A stretch of DNA of 64,000 nucleotides, taken from contig OZ024755.1 in assembly GCA_964016885.1 (NCBI GenBank), forward strand, positions 32,488,001-32,552,000, read 5' to 3'. How positions within the stretch are numbered: position 1 is the stretch's first letter; each line of letters starts with the position of its first letter. The position numbers and the translations under genes are program-made. Positions 63,085 to 64,000 of the stretch are shown here, piece after piece. A model generated the notes under the pieces. It did not search any database, had not been told where the DNA came from, and worked only from the letters and a program-made list of their open reading frames with translations. The DNA comes from Eledone cirrhosa (taxonomy: Eukaryota).

Positions 63085-63657
63085 GGAATCAAATGCTGTG
63101 TGCAGGAGAGGTGGTTGTCCTGGTATGGACATGTGATGCGTATGAAGGGTGACAGCTGCATAAAAAGGTGCAGAGCACTAGAAGTTGATGGAAACCGCGG
63201 AGTGGGGAAACCCAAGATGACCTGGGATGAGGTGATAAAAGCCGACCTTACCCAATTGGACCTCTCAAAGACAATGACACACGACCGTGACTTCTGGCGT
63301 CACGCAGTAATACAGAGTACCCGACCTCCCATGTGTACAAGCTGAAGCATATAAACAATATGCCCCCACACCCCCCACCGCAAGGTGGTCGTGGAGGTGC
63401 CATGGCAAAAAAGCACCCAGCCCACACTGTAAAGTGGACGTGTAGGCGCCACGAAAAAGCACCCAGCACTCACTGTAAATGAGGTTGGTGTTAGGAAGGG
63501 CATCCAGCTGTAGGAATCAAGCCAGAATCAGATCCTGTATGAGCAAGGCATGGTTAGCCGACCAGACACTGCCCACAACAGGACAACCCGTCTAACCGAT
63601 GCTAGCGTGGAAGAACGGACGTAAAACGGTGATGATGATGATGATGATGATGATGAT
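63085..63657 (+). mobile_element. RTE LINE 3' end with SINE-shared 3' UTR and (GAT)n tail
   Basis: QERWLSWYGHVMRM..CIKRCRALEVDGNRGVGKPKMTWDEVIKADL..DRDFWR. Confidence 0.9.
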
Positions 63658-63854
63658 ATGCATCCCCCTCTGTCTAGCTCAGAGGTCAGTAGTGGTAACG
63701 CATCCAATTCTTGCAACCATTATCCCATAGTTAAGTTTATTCAGTATTTTATATGTTTTTCGAACATGGTTATTAATAAAACTTCAGTTCTTAAAAAAAA
63801 TGGAAAACTTAAAACCTGTATAATAGCTGAAACTAGCTCAAGTATTGAGATTTA

Positions 63855-64000
63855 TCATCATCATCATCATCATCATCATCGTTTAACGTCCGTGTTCCAC
63901 GCTTGCATGGGTTTGGACAGGAGTTTTCCCACTTGAGGCAAGAGTGGTTGTCATTGCTCGCATAGGACTGTCTGGCGGGTTTTCTACAGCTGGATGCCCT
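63855..64000 (-). mobile_element. RTE/SINE-type 3' tail running off the window
   Basis: Reverse complement of 36435-36570. Confidence 0.85.

Overview
AT-rich, gene-poor animal DNA, probably from a cephalopod such as an octopus. That assignment is inferred from the tRNA-derived CORE-type and Nin/Deu-type SINEs with RTE-type (GAT)n tails and the heavy (TA)n load; it is not proven. I see no credible host protein-coding exon, and every long ORF in the track is a by-product of microsatellites or minisatellites. The window is a mosaic of SINEs, 3' fragments of non-LTR retrotransposons (RTE, R4/Dong-like, CRE-like), DNA-transposon MITEs (piggyBac-like TTAA, hAT, Tc1/mariner, probable Helitron) and tandem arrays, several of which grew inside those elements. 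The main signal no ORF track shows is a set of about a dozen type I hammerhead-ribozyme-like motifs (stem I-CUGANGA-stem II-GAAA-stem III-NUH-stem I') from at least five apparently unrelated short sequence families. They sit at (TA)n microsatellites and often form fold-back palindromes, the architecture expected for Penelope-like (PLE) pseudo-LTR remnants or retrozyme-like elements. All folds and alignments were done by eye, and coordinates may be off by a few bases.
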